DNA from: an uncultured Planctomycetaceae bacterium
GTDB taxonomy: Bacteria > Planctomycetota > Planctomycetia > Planctomycetales > Planctomycetaceae
Assembly: GCA_963813715.1 (NCBI GenBank)
Contig: CAWFAK010000005.1
Location: 1,184,001 to 1,248,000, forward strand
DNA length: 64,000 nucleotides
Reading direction: 5' to 3'
Positions 23,895 through 36,759 of this stretch are shown one piece after another. A program made the position numbers and the translations under genes. Position 1 is the first letter of the stretch. Every line of letters starts with the position of its first letter. The notes beneath the pieces were generated by a model, which did no database searches, was not told the DNA's origin, and worked only from the letters and a program-made list of their open reading frames with translations.

Positions 23895-24291
23895 CTCTTG
23901 AAAAGAAACACAGCCGCTCTCCCGTCTTGCCGGCGTCCGCCGCTTCGGCGGTCAGTGCCGGCGCGGACTCAATACGGGGAGAGGGGGGGAGATGTGGATG
24001 GGGTCTTGGGATCCTGGGCCTGCGCTGTGCTCCGACCCAGGCTATAAGCTGTCGCGCCCCGTTGGGGCTGGAGAAGATTGGGACGGCATGGGACGGGACA
24101 CGTTGTTTCATCGAGCGTATCCCGGCAGATTCGACCGCCGTCCCTAATCGATTGCCGCCGACGGATGGTGGGCGTGCGCCCGCCCGCGGCGGATTTGTCC
24201 CACCCTACGGGATCGCGGATGAGCGAAGAGGCCCCCTCACCCCCGGCCCCTTGTATGTTGAAAAAAGGTCAATCTGCGGCATTTGATGGGG

Positions 24292-24487
24292 ACAGCTGTG
24301 GGAAAGCTTGCGAAGCGTAGCGGAGCAAGGTTTCCCACAGCGGCCGGCGATAGATCGTCCACCCCGAGGTCCCAGAAGACCGTGGGAGAGCCGGATCGTC
24401 GCCGGTCTCATGAGATCAGCCCGAACAGCCGTCGGAGCCGTCGTGGCGCCAGTCGCCGCTCGAGCTCGCATTCGCAAGGACGGGACA
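24292..24487 (+). ncRNA. Predicted IS110 bridge RNA, copy 2 (ends approximate)
   Basis: Same fold as copy 1; guides TCCACCCC (24358-24365), TGGGAGAG (24383-24390), ACAGCCGT (24425-24432) and GCAAG (24474-24478). Confidence 0.85.
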
Positions 24488-24492
24488 TCGTC

Positions 24493-25444
<952 letters not shown>

Positions 25445-25500
25445 CTCTTGAAAAGAAACACAGCCGCTCTCCCGCAAGGGGCGAGGGGAAAAGCCTCGGG

Positions 25501-25583
25501 GGACGGGACGGGACACGTTGTTTCACCGAGCGTGGCCCGAGGAATTTGGCCCTCACCCATCGGAAGCCGACGGGCGAGGGGGA
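25501..25583 (+). repeat. GGGACGGGACACGTTGTTTCACCGAG unit followed by a REP-A variant
   Basis: Same unit at 22638-22663 and 24090-24115; ccctcacccatcggaagccgacgggcgaggggg resembles 22222-22268. Confidence 0.75.
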
Positions 25584-25817
25584 AGAGACCCAACTCGCCA
25601 AAGGGCGGGAGAGTCAGGTGCTCCGCGCGAAGGGTTGGGTGTTTCGGCTGGTTGGCCAAAGACTGACGTCTGCGGGCCCTTTGCCGCAGATTCCGAACGG
25701 GTAAGACGATGTTTATGAGGTCGGCGCTGTCGGCGGACGTGGCTGATTTTGCGGCCCGACATTCGACACGCGGTCGGTCGCACGGCCGCCTGCGAGCGCG
25801 GCTCGGCCGATCTCACG

Positions 25818-26761
25818 ATGGCTCAACTGACCGAAGCACAAACCCAGCAAATCATCGACCAGTGCCGCGACCACGTCGGCCAGCTGGCCGAGACGTTTCG
25901 CACGGCGATTGGGGTGCGAGATTCGTCTGTCGGCCGGAGAGCCGAGCAGCGTCGGCGAGGCGGGCGGGCTGGCCGAGTTTCAGGTGCCGGGCCTGGCCGT
26001 GGGGATTGCCGTCGGCGATGAGGGGCTGATCGTCCTCATTCCGCAGACGTTGCCGCTGCCGGCGTGGTATCGCCAGCCCGACGTCAGCCAGAACAATCAG
26101 CTGCAGACGTTCGCGCACGAGCTGTCGACGGTGCTGCTGCCGGCCGACCTGGAGTCGCAACGCTTTGCGGCGACGGCGACCGAGAACCTGATCGAAGTGG
26201 CGCAGAGCGCGAAGGCCACGCCCTCGGCCAAGATGATCGAGCTTTCGGTCTTTCACACCGACGGCACTCACGAGGCGGCGGTGGCCAAGTTGCTGGTGAT
26301 CGTGCCGGTCGCCGAGCCGCCGGTGACGCAGCCGGCAGAAGGCTTGGGAGCGGGCGCACTCGAATCCATCGAAGAGTCGGAAGAGTTCGACGAGGGACTG
26401 GCGGAGGATGGCGAGGAGTTGATTCGACGAGGCCGGCGACGACGGCTCTGCTCAAGAGGCGGCCGCGTCGGCCGATGCGGCGCTGCGGGCCCTGCGAGTT
26501 CTCAACGTGCCGGTGACCGTCAGCGTGCGGCTGGCCGAGCGAAAGATGTCGTTGGGGACCGTGGTGGCGCTGGTGCCGGGATCGCTGGTGACGTTCAACA
26601 AGTCGTGCGAGGCCCTGCTCGACCTGTACGTGAACAATCATCGCTTCTGTCAGGGCGAGGCGATCAAGATCGGCGAAAGCTTCGGCCTGAAAGTGTCGAA
26701 GGTCGGCGTGGACGAGGAACGCCGCGAGCGGATCGTTGAAGGCCGAGGCTCCCGGGACTGA
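25818..26761 (+). CDS. FliM/FliN (SpoA) C-terminal-domain flagellar switch-like protein; two frameshifts
   Basis: MAQLTEAQ.. start; C-terminal RVLNVPVTVSVRLAERKMSLGTVVALVPGSLVTFNKSCEALLDLYVN..GEAIKIGESFGLKV. Confidence 0.8.
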
Positions 26762-26808
26762 CGTCCCAGGCTCGGGTGCGATCGATCCTCGCTCGTAGAC
26801 ACGAGCGG

Positions 26809-28570
26809 TTAGTAGCCGACGGCGGCGCCGTCTTTGCGGGGCTCGGTGCCGCCGTGCAGCGTGCCGTGCTCCTGGTCGATACGGATGCCCTGATAGCCGC
26901 CGAAGCCGTCGTCCGCTTTGTGGACGATGTGATGGCCTCGCTTGGTCAGCTCGTCGAGCGTGGCCTGCGGGATGCTCGATTCGACGTCGACCTCGCCGCC
27001 GCCCGACTCCATCGGCCGGCCGGTCGGCGTCTGCGAGCCGTCGTGCCGCACGCGGCCGGCGTCGCCCGCGGCCTGCACGTCGAGGCCGAAGTCGATCATG
27101 TTGAGCAGCACCTGCACGTGCCCCTGCGGCTGCATGTCGCCGCCCATCACGCCGAAGGCCAGCCAGGGCTTGCCCTCCTTCGTGACCATCGCGGGGATGA
27201 TCGTGTGGAAGGGCCGCTTGTGCGGCTCGAGCGAGTTGAGATGCTTGGGGTCGAGCGAGAATTGCGAGCCGCGGTTCTGCATCACGAAGCCGACCTTGCC
27301 CGGCACGAGCCGCGAACCGAAGCCGGCGAAGTTGCTCTGAATGAACGAGCAACAGTTGCGATCCTTATCGACGACGCAGAGATAAATCGTGTCGCCCCCC
27401 TTCGCCAACAGGGGATCACCGGGATCGACCGAGTTGGCCGCCCGCTGGGGATCGATCCGCTTCCGCTGCCGGGCCGCGTATTCCTTGGAGATCAGCTGCT
27501 CGACGGGCAGCTTGGCGAAGCTGGGATCGGCGAAGTACTTCGCCCGGTCGGCGTACGCCAGCTTCTTCGCCTCGATGAACAGGTGCAGATAGTCGGGGCT
27601 GTGCCGGCCCATCGAGCGGAGGTCGTAGCCCTCGAGGATGTTGAGGATCTGCAGCACGGCGATCCCCTGCCCGTTCGGCGGCAGTTCCCACACGTCGTAG
27701 CCGCGATAGTTGGTGGAGACCGGCTCGACCCAGTTCGAGGTGTGGTCTGCAAAGTCCTTCTTGGTGAAGTAGCCGCCGTGCTTCTGACTGTACGAGACGA
27801 TCTGCTCGGCGATGGGCCCGCGGTAATAGGCGTCGCGGCCTCCCTCGGCAATCGCCCGCAGACTGGTGGCCAGGTTCGGATTGCGGAACAACTCGCCCAT
27901 GACCGGGGCGTGGCCGTTCGGGTAATAGGTCGCACCGGTATCCGGATAAAGGTGGGCCAGCGGCTCGCCCCGCTTCCAATAGCCGGCGATGATCTCGGTG
28001 ACTGGAAAGCCTTCCTCCGCATATTGGATGGCCGGTGCGACGAGTTTGCGAGAGGGGCATCGTGCCGAAGCGCTTGCCGAGCTGGTCCCAACCGTCGACG
28101 CAGCCGGGCACGGACCAGGAGAGGATGCCGTTGCCGGGAATCTCTTTGAGTCCCTTCTCCTTGAAGACCTCGCGATTGAGGGCATACGGACTGCGGCCGC
28201 TGGCGTTCAGGCCGTAGAGCTTCTGCGTTTTGTCGTCCCAATAGATGCAGAACAGATCGCCGCCGATGCCGCAGCTCATCGGCTCGACGAGGCCCATCAT
28301 GGCGTCGGTGGCGATGGCGGCGTCGGCCGCGTTGCCCCCCGCCTTAAGGATGTCGAGCCCGACCTGCGCGGCCAGCGGCTGGCTCGTGGCCACAATCCCG
28401 TGGCTGGCGACCGTGGCCGAGCGGCTCTGATGCGGAGTCTTCGTGGGCCGATCGTATTCGCCGGCCGACGCGGCCGTTCGGCCCGCATCAAAGGGCAGCT
28501 CCAGCATCATCGATCCCGAAACGAAAGCAGCCAGCAACGGCAGGGCAAGGCGAGGAAGCGATCCGGACAT
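26809..28570 (-). CDS. ggt: Gamma-glutamyltransferase, secreted; frameshift near 28050
   Basis: ATSQPLAAQVG..GGNAADAA, EPMSCGIGGDLF, WELPPNGQG, DTIYLCVVD, KRPFHTIIP and GVMGGDMQPQG. Confidence 0.93.
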
Positions 28571-28940
28571 TTCTGAGCCCCTCGAGCGCAACTCATGAGA
28601 ATCAGGCCGCCAGTCATCTCGCGGAAATGTGGCAGTTTTTTGAAATGACGATCTCCAAGATACCCCGCCGTGTGTCTGGACGAAACCGGTCGTGACGAAT
28701 TGGGTACGGCCGGTCAGGCTGAGCGCCGCCGCAGGGGCAACTGCGGCGAATCGACGAAAAGCGGCCAAGTGACCGTGCCTCGTCAGCCAATCTGCCGTAG
28801 ACTACAGTATTGGTCCAAAACAGGATCACGGCCCAAAAGCCGCGGGTGCCCTGGCCCGCTGAACGGATGCGTCAGGAAAGTCCCGCTGTCCCGCCCCGAT
28901 CTGAACCCGCCACTGCAACGCCCTATCGAAAGAGCCATTC

Positions 28941-30737
28941 GTGTCGACGCGACCCCAACCCAAACCGGCCAAAACTCCCGCCCAGCAACAGAGCTATAAC
29001 GGCGCTGAAATCCTGGTCGAGGCGATTGTCCGGCAGGGGGTCGATTGCATCTTCGCGTACCCGGGCGGGGCGAGCATGCCCCTGCACCAGGCGCTGCTCA
29101 AGTTCAAAGACCAGATCCGCACCGTGCTGCCGCGTCACGAACAGGGGGGCGGGTTCGCCGCACAGGGCGTGGCCCGCTCGACCGGCAAGGTCGGCGTCTG
29201 CATGGCGACGAGCGGACCGGGGGCGACCAACCTGGTGACGGCCCTGGCCGACGCCAAGCTCGACAGCGTGCCCATCGTTGCCATCACCGGTCAGGTGGCG
29301 CAGGCAGTCATCGGCAGCGACGCGTTTCAAGAAACGCCGACGATCGCCATGTGCCAGTCGATCACCAAACACCATTACATGATCACGCGGCTGGAAGACG
29401 TGCCGCGGATCGTGAAAGAGGCGTTTTACGTCGCCGGCTCGGGGCGGCCCGGTCCGGTGCTGATCGACTTTCCCAAGGACGTGCAATTGGCCCGGCAGGA
29501 CGAAACGCCCGACTTCGATCCGCCGATGAATCTGCCCGGCTATCATCCCGAGGCCCAGCAGCACCATCCCGAGCAGATCCGACAGGTGATCGCCGCGGTG
29601 AAACGCGCGCGGCGGCCGATTCTGTACATCGGCGGAGGCGTGATCAATTCGGGAGCTTCCGAGGAGCTGCGCAAGTTCGCCCTGCGGACCGGCATTCCCG
29701 TCACGTCGACCGTGATGGGGATCGGCGCGTTCCCGGGCGATCATCCGCAGTCGCTGCACATGCTGGGCATGCACGGGACGGTGTACGCCAACTACGCGAT
29801 CAATGAGGCCGATCTGCTGTTGGCTTTCGGCGTGCGGTTCGACGACCGGGTGACCGGCAAGCTGGAAGAGTTCGCCCGCCACGGCAAGATCGTGCACGTC
29901 GACGTCGATCCGTCGGAGCTGCACAAGAACAAAGAAGCCCACATCCCGATCATTGCCGACGTCAAAGGCGTGCTGGCCGACCTCAATCAGGCGATCACCG
30001 ACGACGACCTGCCCGATCTCCGCGAGTGGCAGGCGCAAATCGCCGAGTGGAAGGCACGCTATCCGCTCCGCTACAAGGAGTCGGGTGACGAGATCCTGCA
30101 GCAATACGCCATCGACGAACTGTGGCGGCAAACCCGCGAGCGCGACACCTACGTCGCGGTCGGCGTCGGCCAGCACCAGATGTGGGCGGCCCAGTTCTAC
30201 AAGTTCTCGCGTCCGCGGCACTGGCTGAGCAGCTCGGGCCTGGGAACGATGGGCTTTGGACTTCCCGCCGCGATGGGCGTGCAGGCCGCGCTGCCCGACA
30301 AGCTGGTGATCGACATCGACGGTGACGGCTCGATGCTGATGAACGTGCAGGAGCTGGCCACGCTCAACTGCGAGAAACTGCCGGTGAAGATCCTGCTGCT
30401 CAACAACCAGCACCTGGGCATGGTGGTGCAGTGGGAAGACCGCTTTCATGGCGGCAGCCGAGCCCACACGTATCTCGGTCCGATCGACGATCCGCAAGCC
30501 GTCGGCCAGGGGGACGGCACGCACGCCGAAGAGACGTATCCGAATTTCGTCAAAATCGCCGAGGGTTTTGGCCTGAAGGCCGCGCAAGTCCGCAGCAAGG
30601 CCAAATTCCCGGCCGCGCTGGCGGAGATGCTGGCTTACGACGGCCCCTACCTGCTCGACGTCATCTGCCCGTACCAGGAACACGTGCTTCCGATGATTCC
30701 CAGCGGCCGCACCGTGCGGGATATCATCACTGAATAG
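28941..30737 (+). CDS. ilvB: Acetolactate synthase large subunit
   Basis: [49 protein letters not shown] and DGDGS..N. Confidence 0.97.
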   Translation: MSTRPQPKPAKTPAQQQSYNGAEILVEAIVRQGVDCIFAYPGGASMPLHQALLKFKDQIRTVLPRHEQGGGFAAQGVARSTGKVGVCMATSGPGATNLVTALADAKLDSVPIVAITGQVAQAVIGSDAFQETPTIAMCQSITKHHYMITRLEDVPRIVKEAFYVAGSGRPGPVLIDFPKDVQLARQDETPDFDPPMNLPGYHPEAQQHHPEQIRQVIAAVKRARRPILYIGGGVINSGASEELRKFALRTGIPVTSTVMGIGAFPGDHPQSLHMLGMHGTVYANYAINEADLLLAFGVRFDDRVTGKLEEFARHGKIVHVDVDPSELHKNKEAHIPIIADVKGVLADLNQAITDDDLPDLREWQAQIAEWKARYPLRYKESGDEILQQYAIDELWRQTRERDTYVAVGVGQHQMWAAQFYKFSRPRHWLSSSGLGTMGFGLPAAMGVQAALPDKLVIDIDGDGSMLMNVQELATLNCEKLPVKILLLNNQHLGMVVQWEDRFHGGSRAHTYLGPIDDPQAVGQGDGTHAEETYPNFVKIAEGFGLKAAQVRSKAKFPAALAEMLAYDGPYLLDVICPYQEHVLPMIPSGRTVRDIITE

Positions 30738-30796
30738 CTTTACTGCATAGCTTTCGCCTCGATCAACCACTCGAATCCGGCACTCAGTATCCAGCC

Positions 30797-31045
30797 ATGG
30801 CCAGCTACAACAAATACGATCCGCGGCTCGAATCGCTCGTGATGGAAACGCGCACGCTGTGGGATCCGGAGGTTGCCAATCTTTCGGCCGAGGATAAGCA
30901 CTGGCTCGCCGAACAAGTGCAACGCCACCCGGAGCGGGCGGCCAAGATCAACTACGAACGGTCGCACACGGGGTTTGCCCGCGAGATTACGGTGACCCTG
31001 GCCGACGTCGAGCGGGTCTACGACGAGCGCCTCGCCTCGTCATAG
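30797..31045 (+). CDS. Small hypothetical protein (82 aa)
   Basis: Compact ORF with typical codon usage, downstream of ilvB. Confidence 0.6.
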   Translation: MASYNKYDPRLESLVMETRTLWDPEVANLSAEDKHWLAEQVQRHPERAAKINYERSHTGFAREITVTLADVERVYDERLASS

Positions 31046-32147
31046 GATCAATCGCCGGAGTGGCACGTCCGGCCGTGCGGCCTACGCGCCAGGGGATCGG
31101 CAGCTTCAGGCTGGTGGCGACTTCTTCGAGCTTGTGGACGTGGTCGCAGTGGAGAGGAATGCCCTCGCGCCGCCAGCGGTGCGAGCGCTCCCACTCGAGT
31201 TCGCCCGGCAGACGCACGACGTCGAAGCCTTCGACCGGCGGCAGCGCGCGGATGCCGGCGACCGTCGCTTCAATTTCGGCGTAGAACTCAGCCAGATCGA
31301 CGAATTGCCGGATATCGATCGCATAGAAGAAGTGCTCGGAGCCGTCGACCGTATAGCTGGCGCTTTTGCGAAGGGGCATGCGAGCGCCGACCAGGCAGCC
31401 CGCCAGCACCGACGACAGAAAGGCCATCCCAGAGCCGCGGGCCCCCGCGAAGGGCAACAGCGTCTTGGCGGCGTGGGGATCGTCGGTCGGCTGGCCGTCG
31501 GCGTCGAGCCCCCAATTCGGCGGCATTTTATAGCCATACATCTTCCAGCTCTCGACCTTGCCCCAGGCCGACACGGCACACGCCATGTCGAGCACGAACG
31601 GGGCCCCGGACCGCGTGGGCACGCCCCAGGCGACGGCGTTGTTGGCCGTGCCCGGCTTGTTGCTGCCGTACGCCGCCACCGTGGCCATTCCCGTGCTGGT
31701 GGTCGTGAAGCCGATCATCTCCGCTTCGACGGCCATCATCGCGTAGACGGCAGCGGCTCCATAATGCTGGCCCTGGCGGACGGCTACGGTCCCCGTGCCG
31801 ACGGTCCGCGCCTTGTCGATCGCCATTTTCATGGCCTTCGTCGCCGCGACGTGTCCCAGTCCTTTGCCGCCGTTGAGGACGGCGATCGCCGGCGTTTCCC
31901 GCTCGACGATGATCTGGGCCCGCGGATCGATGCCGCCGTTGTCCATCCCTTCGAGATATTTCCAGAGCGCTCGGCTGCCGTGCGAGTGAATGCCGCGCAG
32001 GTCCGCCTCGATCAGCCGGGCGGCTCCAATCCGAGCTTCGGCTTCGAACATCCCCTTCGCCGTCAGCATGCGGACCATCAAGGCCTCGAGGGCGTCCGCG
32101 CTGACGACGATTTCCTGCGACGGATCGGAGGGAATGTCGGGGGTCAC
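30987..32147 (-). CDS. Ldh_2 family (malate/lactate/ureidoglycolate-type) oxidoreductase; true stop probably near 31082
   Basis: ADLRGIHSHG, HYGAAAVY, FVLDMA and VRLPGE. Confidence 0.88.
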   Translation of the reverse strand: MTPDIPSDPSQEIVVSADALEALMVRMLTAKGMFEAEARIGAARLIEADLRGIHSHGSRALWKYLEGMDNGGIDPRAQIIVERETPAIAVLNGGKGLGHVAATKAMKMAIDKARTVGTGTVAVRQGQHYGAAAVYAMMAVEAEMIGFTTTSTGMATVAAYGSNKPGTANNAVAWGVPTRSGAPFVLDMACAVSAWGKVESWKMYGYKMPPNWGLDADGQPTDDPHAAKTLLPFAGARGSGMAFLSSVLAGCLVGARMPLRKSASYTVDGSEHFFYAIDIRQFVDLAEFYAEIEATVAGIRALPPVEGFDVVRLPGELEWERSHRWRREGIPLHCDHVHKLEEVATSLKLPIPWRVGRTAGRATPAIDPMTRRGARRRPARRRPGSP

Positions 32148-32210
32148 TCTGACGTTGTCTCTGCCAATCATCGAATGTTGCTCGCTGTCTAATGTCTCTC
32201 GTGCTGTTCG

Positions 32211-33362
32211 CTAGGGCTGCGTGACGTTCGCGATGGCGTTGCGACGCGCGGAAAGAAACTCGACCGGAGAGGAAGTGCGACCGTCGACCGCCAGGTCGAC
32301 CAGTGCCTCCCCGATCACCGAGGTGAATTTGAATCCGTGTCCGGAGAAACCGGCCCCGAAGGAGACATGCTCATAATCGGGATGCTGATCGACGACGAAG
32401 TGCCGATCGGGCGTGAGCGTGTACATGCACACGCACGATCGCAGCGGCACCGGATCGACGTCCGGCAGGCATTCCTCCAGGAATCGGCTCAGCCATTCCA
32501 AGTCGGATGGCCGCACGGACCGGTCGACGTGTGCCGGATCGGTCACCGGTTCGCCGCGCGAATGCTCGGCCGCCTTGAGCGTCTGGCCGTCGCGGCTCGG
32601 AAATCCGTAGAACAGACCGTAGGGCAGCTCGTAATAAAACGTTGGCGCGCTACGATCCTCGGCGTAAGCGTGGGAACGCACGGGAAACCAGAACTGGGGC
32701 TTGCGCACGACTTCGAGCGGCAGCGACAAGCTGGCCAGCATCTGGGCCGCCCACGGGCCCGTCGTAATCACGAGTGCGGCGGCTTCATACTCGGCCCGCG
32801 CGGTCCGCACCTTGAACGTCGAGCCGACGCGCGACCAATCGACCACCGCCTCTTGTGCAGCCACGCTCGCACCGTAGCGGAGGGCCGCATCGACATGGGC
32901 GCTCACGCACAGCTCTACGTTCAAAAAGCCCGCGTGCGGCTCGAAGACCGCGTCGAAACCGGCGGGAATGCGAAAGCCTTGCAACTTCCCGCTGAGGTCG
33001 GCCGGCGCGACGTCCTGCAGGTCGAGATTGTGCGTGCGGGCCGCCAGGCGGGCGCCGGCAATCGTTTCGCCGTCCGGCGGGCCAGCCAACATCAGCCCGC
33101 ACAGGTGCATCAACGACAACTCCTCCGCATCCTCCAGATTGCGCCAGAGTTTGTACGCCCGCAGCAACAGCGGCACGTAGTCGGGGTGCTCGAAGTAGGC
33201 CTGGCGAATGATCCGCGTGTCGCCGTGGGAGCTGCCGCGGTCGTGGCCGATCGTGTACTGCTCGATCCCCAACACTCGCAAGCCGCGCGTCGCCGCGTGA
33301 TAGAGGGCCGAGCTGCCGAATCCGCCCAGGCCCAGCACGATGCAGTCGTAACGGGCGGTCAT
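32211..33362 (-). CDS. solA: N-methyl-L-tryptophan oxidase / monomeric sarcosine oxidase family
   Basis: IVLGLGGFGS, GSSHGDTRIIRQAYFE, CMYTLTPD and GFSGHGFKF. Confidence 0.9.
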   Translation of the reverse strand: MTARYDCIVLGLGGFGSSALYHAATRGLRVLGIEQYTIGHDRGSSHGDTRIIRQAYFEHPDYVPLLLRAYKLWRNLEDAEELSLMHLCGLMLAGPPDGETIAGARLAARTHNLDLQDVAPADLSGKLQGFRIPAGFDAVFEPHAGFLNVELCVSAHVDAALRYGASVAAQEAVVDWSRVGSTFKVRTARAEYEAAALVITTGPWAAQMLASLSLPLEVVRKPQFWFPVRSHAYAEDRSAPTFYYELPYGLFYGFPSRDGQTLKAAEHSRGEPVTDPAHVDRSVRPSDLEWLSRFLEECLPDVDPVPLRSCVCMYTLTPDRHFVVDQHPDYEHVSFGAGFSGHGFKFTSVIGEALVDLAVDGRTSSPVEFLSARRNAIANVTQP

Positions 33363-34772
33363 GGCACGTTCGAGACCGACTTGTGGGCCGGCGCGCGGCG
33401 GTCGTTCTCCGCTCGCGGGGCGGCGTTGTCGGCGGCCAGGGACACGCGGATGATCTCTTTGTCGTTGCGGGCAAACACGCTCTTCATCGCGAACGCCGGG
33501 TGTGACCAGATCGTCGTCCGCCGCGGCGCATCCCCTTTTCGCGTCGGCTCGATGAGCTTGGCGCGGACTGATTTCGTGATATCCGTCGGGCGAAAGCCGG
33601 GCGATGATCAGATCGCCCTGCTCATTGTGGAGAAAGTACTTATCCTCGTGCGGAATGATGAAGGCGTTCCACCAGCGGCCCTTGCCCGTTGCCGCGAACG
33701 TCTCCCACAGCCGTTTGCCGTCGGACGCATCGAGGCCCCGCAGTTGGCCGTAGCTGCAGACGCCATAGATATACTTTCCGTCAAACACCGGCGTGGGGAT
33801 GATCGAGTGCAAACCGTCGGTTTTGATCTCGCTCTCGCTGATTCCCTTCCAGAGAGTTTTGACGCTCTGTCCGTCGGCGCCGATTTGGATCATCCGCGGA
33901 CCGCTATAAAAGCACGTGAAGAAGATGCGATCGTCGACACAGCGCGGCGTCGAGATGCACAGACCGACCTTCATCTGCCAGGGGACGTTCCACCGCTGCT
34001 TGCCGGAGGCCGGGTCGAGCCCGGTGATCGACGTTGGATGCCAGATCACCAGGTGCCGCTTGCCGTGGATGTCGAAAATAACAGGGGGGACATAGCCGAC
34101 CTCGGGATCGTCGAGAGCCCGCCAGCGCTCCGCACCGGTCGCTTTGTCGAAGCTGACGACGAGCGCGTTCTCTCCGCCGACGAGCGTGATCAACTGGTCG
34201 CCGTCGACCAGCGGCGAAGTCGCGAGGCCCCAGATCGGCAGCTTCGTGTTGTATTCCTTGAGGAAGTCTTTCGACCACAGCACCTTGCCGGTCTTCGCCT
34301 CGAAGCAGAACATGTTCCCGACGGCGCCGATCGTATAGACGCGACCATCGCTGATTGTGGGCGTCGCCCGCGGCCCGGCCGGATAGTTGAGGCCAGCGTA
34401 GCGGGCCTCATAAGCGTGGCTCCAAAGCGTCTTGCCGCTTTCGGCGTCGAGGCACAAAACTCGCTCTTTGCCCTGCTCTTTGACCCGATCGGTCACGTAC
34501 ACACGTCCGTCGGCAACGGCGGGCCCCGCATAGCCTTCGGCCACGGGAACGGACCAGACGCGCGGCAAGAGGCCCTTCGTCGAAAAGTGATCGACGATTC
34601 CCGTTTCCCGCCAGACAGCATCCCGCTTCGGCCCACCCCAGTCGGGCCAATCGTCAGCCCGAACACTTTTGATGTGGGGAACGATTAAAACACAAGCCGC
34701 CAGAACAGCGGGCACTTTCCAGAACGCTTTGGATACGGTGCTCAAGAGAGCGCTCCTGCAGGGATTCGACAT
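33359..34772 (-). CDS. PQQ-like beta-propeller secreted protein; frameshift near 33565 that artefactually fuses it to solA in the ORF track
   Basis: ADDWPDWGGPKRD, GYAGPAVADGRVY, GPRATPTI and SPLVDGD. Confidence 0.88.
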
Positions 34773-34969
34773 CTCTGCTTTCAATAATCCGGAAGATTTG
34801 AACAGGAGAAAACAGAGCGGGATCAGACGAATGGATTCCCAAGAGGCTAGGACAAGTCTTCTTTTCTGTTCATCTGTTTTTGACGGTTTGTTGGATCCAT
34901 CAAGTTATCGACTCGCGGCGCGGAAGGTTGCAGGACGAATCACATTTCTCCGACTGTGTGTTCCCTCGT

Positions 34970-35371
34970 TCATCGATTCGCACCGGGAAGCATGAGTCGG
35001 GCCACGCCGTCGGTCACGCGTTCCACGTTGAAGTTGATGAGCAGCCCGAGCGGTACATTGAGCAGCTTCATATAGCACAAGAGTTGAGCCTTGTGGATCG
35101 GCAAGATTTCCTGAATCGCCTTCGTCTCCACGAGCACGCAGCTTTCAACCTGCAGGTCAAACCGGAGTGTTTCCTCGCGGCTGAACCCCTTGTAATTCAC
35201 TCGAACCATCTGCTGGGTGCTGCACGTCAGCCCGCGCAATTCCAGTTCTTTCATCAGGCACCACTCGTAGATCGATTCCAGCAAACCAGGGCCTTTATCG
35301 CGGTGCACTTCGATTGCCGCCGCAATGATTGTCTCCGTCAACCCGCATGCCCGCTCATACAAGGGATGCAT
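34970..35371 (-). CDS. GxxExxY protein (PD-(D/E)XK nuclease-like)
   Basis: AIEVHRDKGPGLLESIYEWCL..RFDLQVE..LVETK..AQLLCYMK..GLLINF. Confidence 0.92.
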   Translation of the reverse strand: MHPLYERACGLTETIIAAAIEVHRDKGPGLLESIYEWCLMKELELRGLTCSTQQMVRVNYKGFSREETLRFDLQVESCVLVETKAIQEILPIHKAQLLCYMKLLNVPLGLLINFNVERVTDGVARLMLPGANR

Positions 35372-35655
35372 GGCTCAAATCCTCGTGGCGGCCTACCGAC
35401 ACGAATCGCAAGAATTCTGGACAGGAGAGAACGGGAGTCAACAACAGAAACAGATCAAGATTGCCGAAGCATTCGGCGTCCAAGCCTTGGCCTTCTCTGT
35501 TTGCTCTGTTCCCTCCTGTTCAAATTCTTGGCATTTCCGCTTCAATTGGTTTGTTCTAAGGGATCGCGAACCGTTGATTTCGCATCAGCCTTGCTTGCCC
35601 TTGTTAAAGACATCAACCAATTGTGGCAGACGCGCGCGTGTGCCACAATGGCGTG

Positions 35656-36727
35656 ATGAAACGCTCACTCTTCAGTTGTTGTGCGCTGCTGGCTCTGTGC
35701 GTGGGATCCGTGGCGCGTCGCCGCGGACGGTCCCCAGCTCACGCCTCTCGAGGCCAAACACCTGGCCGGATTGCGGCAGGTGACGTTCGGCTTCCCTCGC
35801 GCGGGCGAAGGTTATTTCTCCCCGGACGGACAGTGGATCGTCTTCCAGGCGTATCCGCCCGGCTACCCGTTCTATCAGATTTATGTGCAGCGGCTCGATG
35901 AGCGCGAGGCCCGCCGCATCAGCACCGGACGCGGACGCACGACCTGCGCCTACTTCTCTCGCGACGGCAAGAAGCTCATCTTCGCGTCGTCTCACACCGA
36001 TCCCAAAATCAGCGAGACCGAAGAAAAAGCCCGCGAGGAGGCTAAACGCGGCGGCCGTCGCAGCTACCAGTGGGACTTCGACGTGAACATGGAAATCTAC
36101 GAGTGCAACTTCGACGGCAGCGGCCTCAAACGGCTGACCAATTCGCCGGGTTACGACGCCGAAGGCAGTTATTCGTTCGACGGCAAGCAGATCGTCTTCA
36201 CGTCGAAGCGGGCCGGCGACCCGAATATTTACATCATGGACGCCGACGGCTCGCACGTGCGGCAGGTCACGCACGCGGCGGCCTACAACGGCGGCCCATT
36301 CTTCTCGCCCGACGATCGCTGGATCATCTTCCGCAGCGACCGACAGAAGGAAAACATGCTGCAGCTCTATGCGATCGCCGTCGACGGGACGCACGAGGTG
36401 CAGCTGACCAACAACCTCAACACGGTCAACTGGGCCCCGTTTTTCCATCCGAGCGAAAAGTACCTCATCTGGTGCCGGGCCGATTACTCGCCCGGCCGTC
36501 CGCCCGGCGGCTTCGACCTGTTCACAATGGAGATCGAGCACGACGCGACGCACTTCCGCGGCGGGGCGGTAACCCAGATCACCGACGCCAAAGCGGCCGA
36601 CGTTCTCCCGGTCTTCAGCCCCGACGGCACCAAGCTGATGTGGACCTCCACGCGCACGCCCGACAGCACAAGCCAACTCTGGATCGCCGACTGGCTCCGC
36701 GGGCGTCAGACGACGAACGAACGCTAG
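35656..36727 (+). CDS. TolB-like PD40 beta-propeller protein; N-terminal frameshift
   Basis: AGEGYFSPDG, GRTTCAYF, GYDAEGSYSFDG and GGPFFSPD repeats; signal peptide MKRSLFSCCALLALC. Confidence 0.88.
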
Positions 36728-36759
36728 TGCATCGTCGGGCACGTTGGGCAGGTCCGTCG

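Noticed and set aside
28600..28940. ilvB attenuator or leader peptide
   Set aside because: I could not find a short ORF rich in Ile/Leu/Val codons followed by a terminator hairpin.
32211..34784. 857-aa PQQ-propeller/SolA fusion in the ORF track
   Set aside because: A frameshift near 33565 joins them. The correct frame ends at 33359, overlapping the solA ATG (ATGA).
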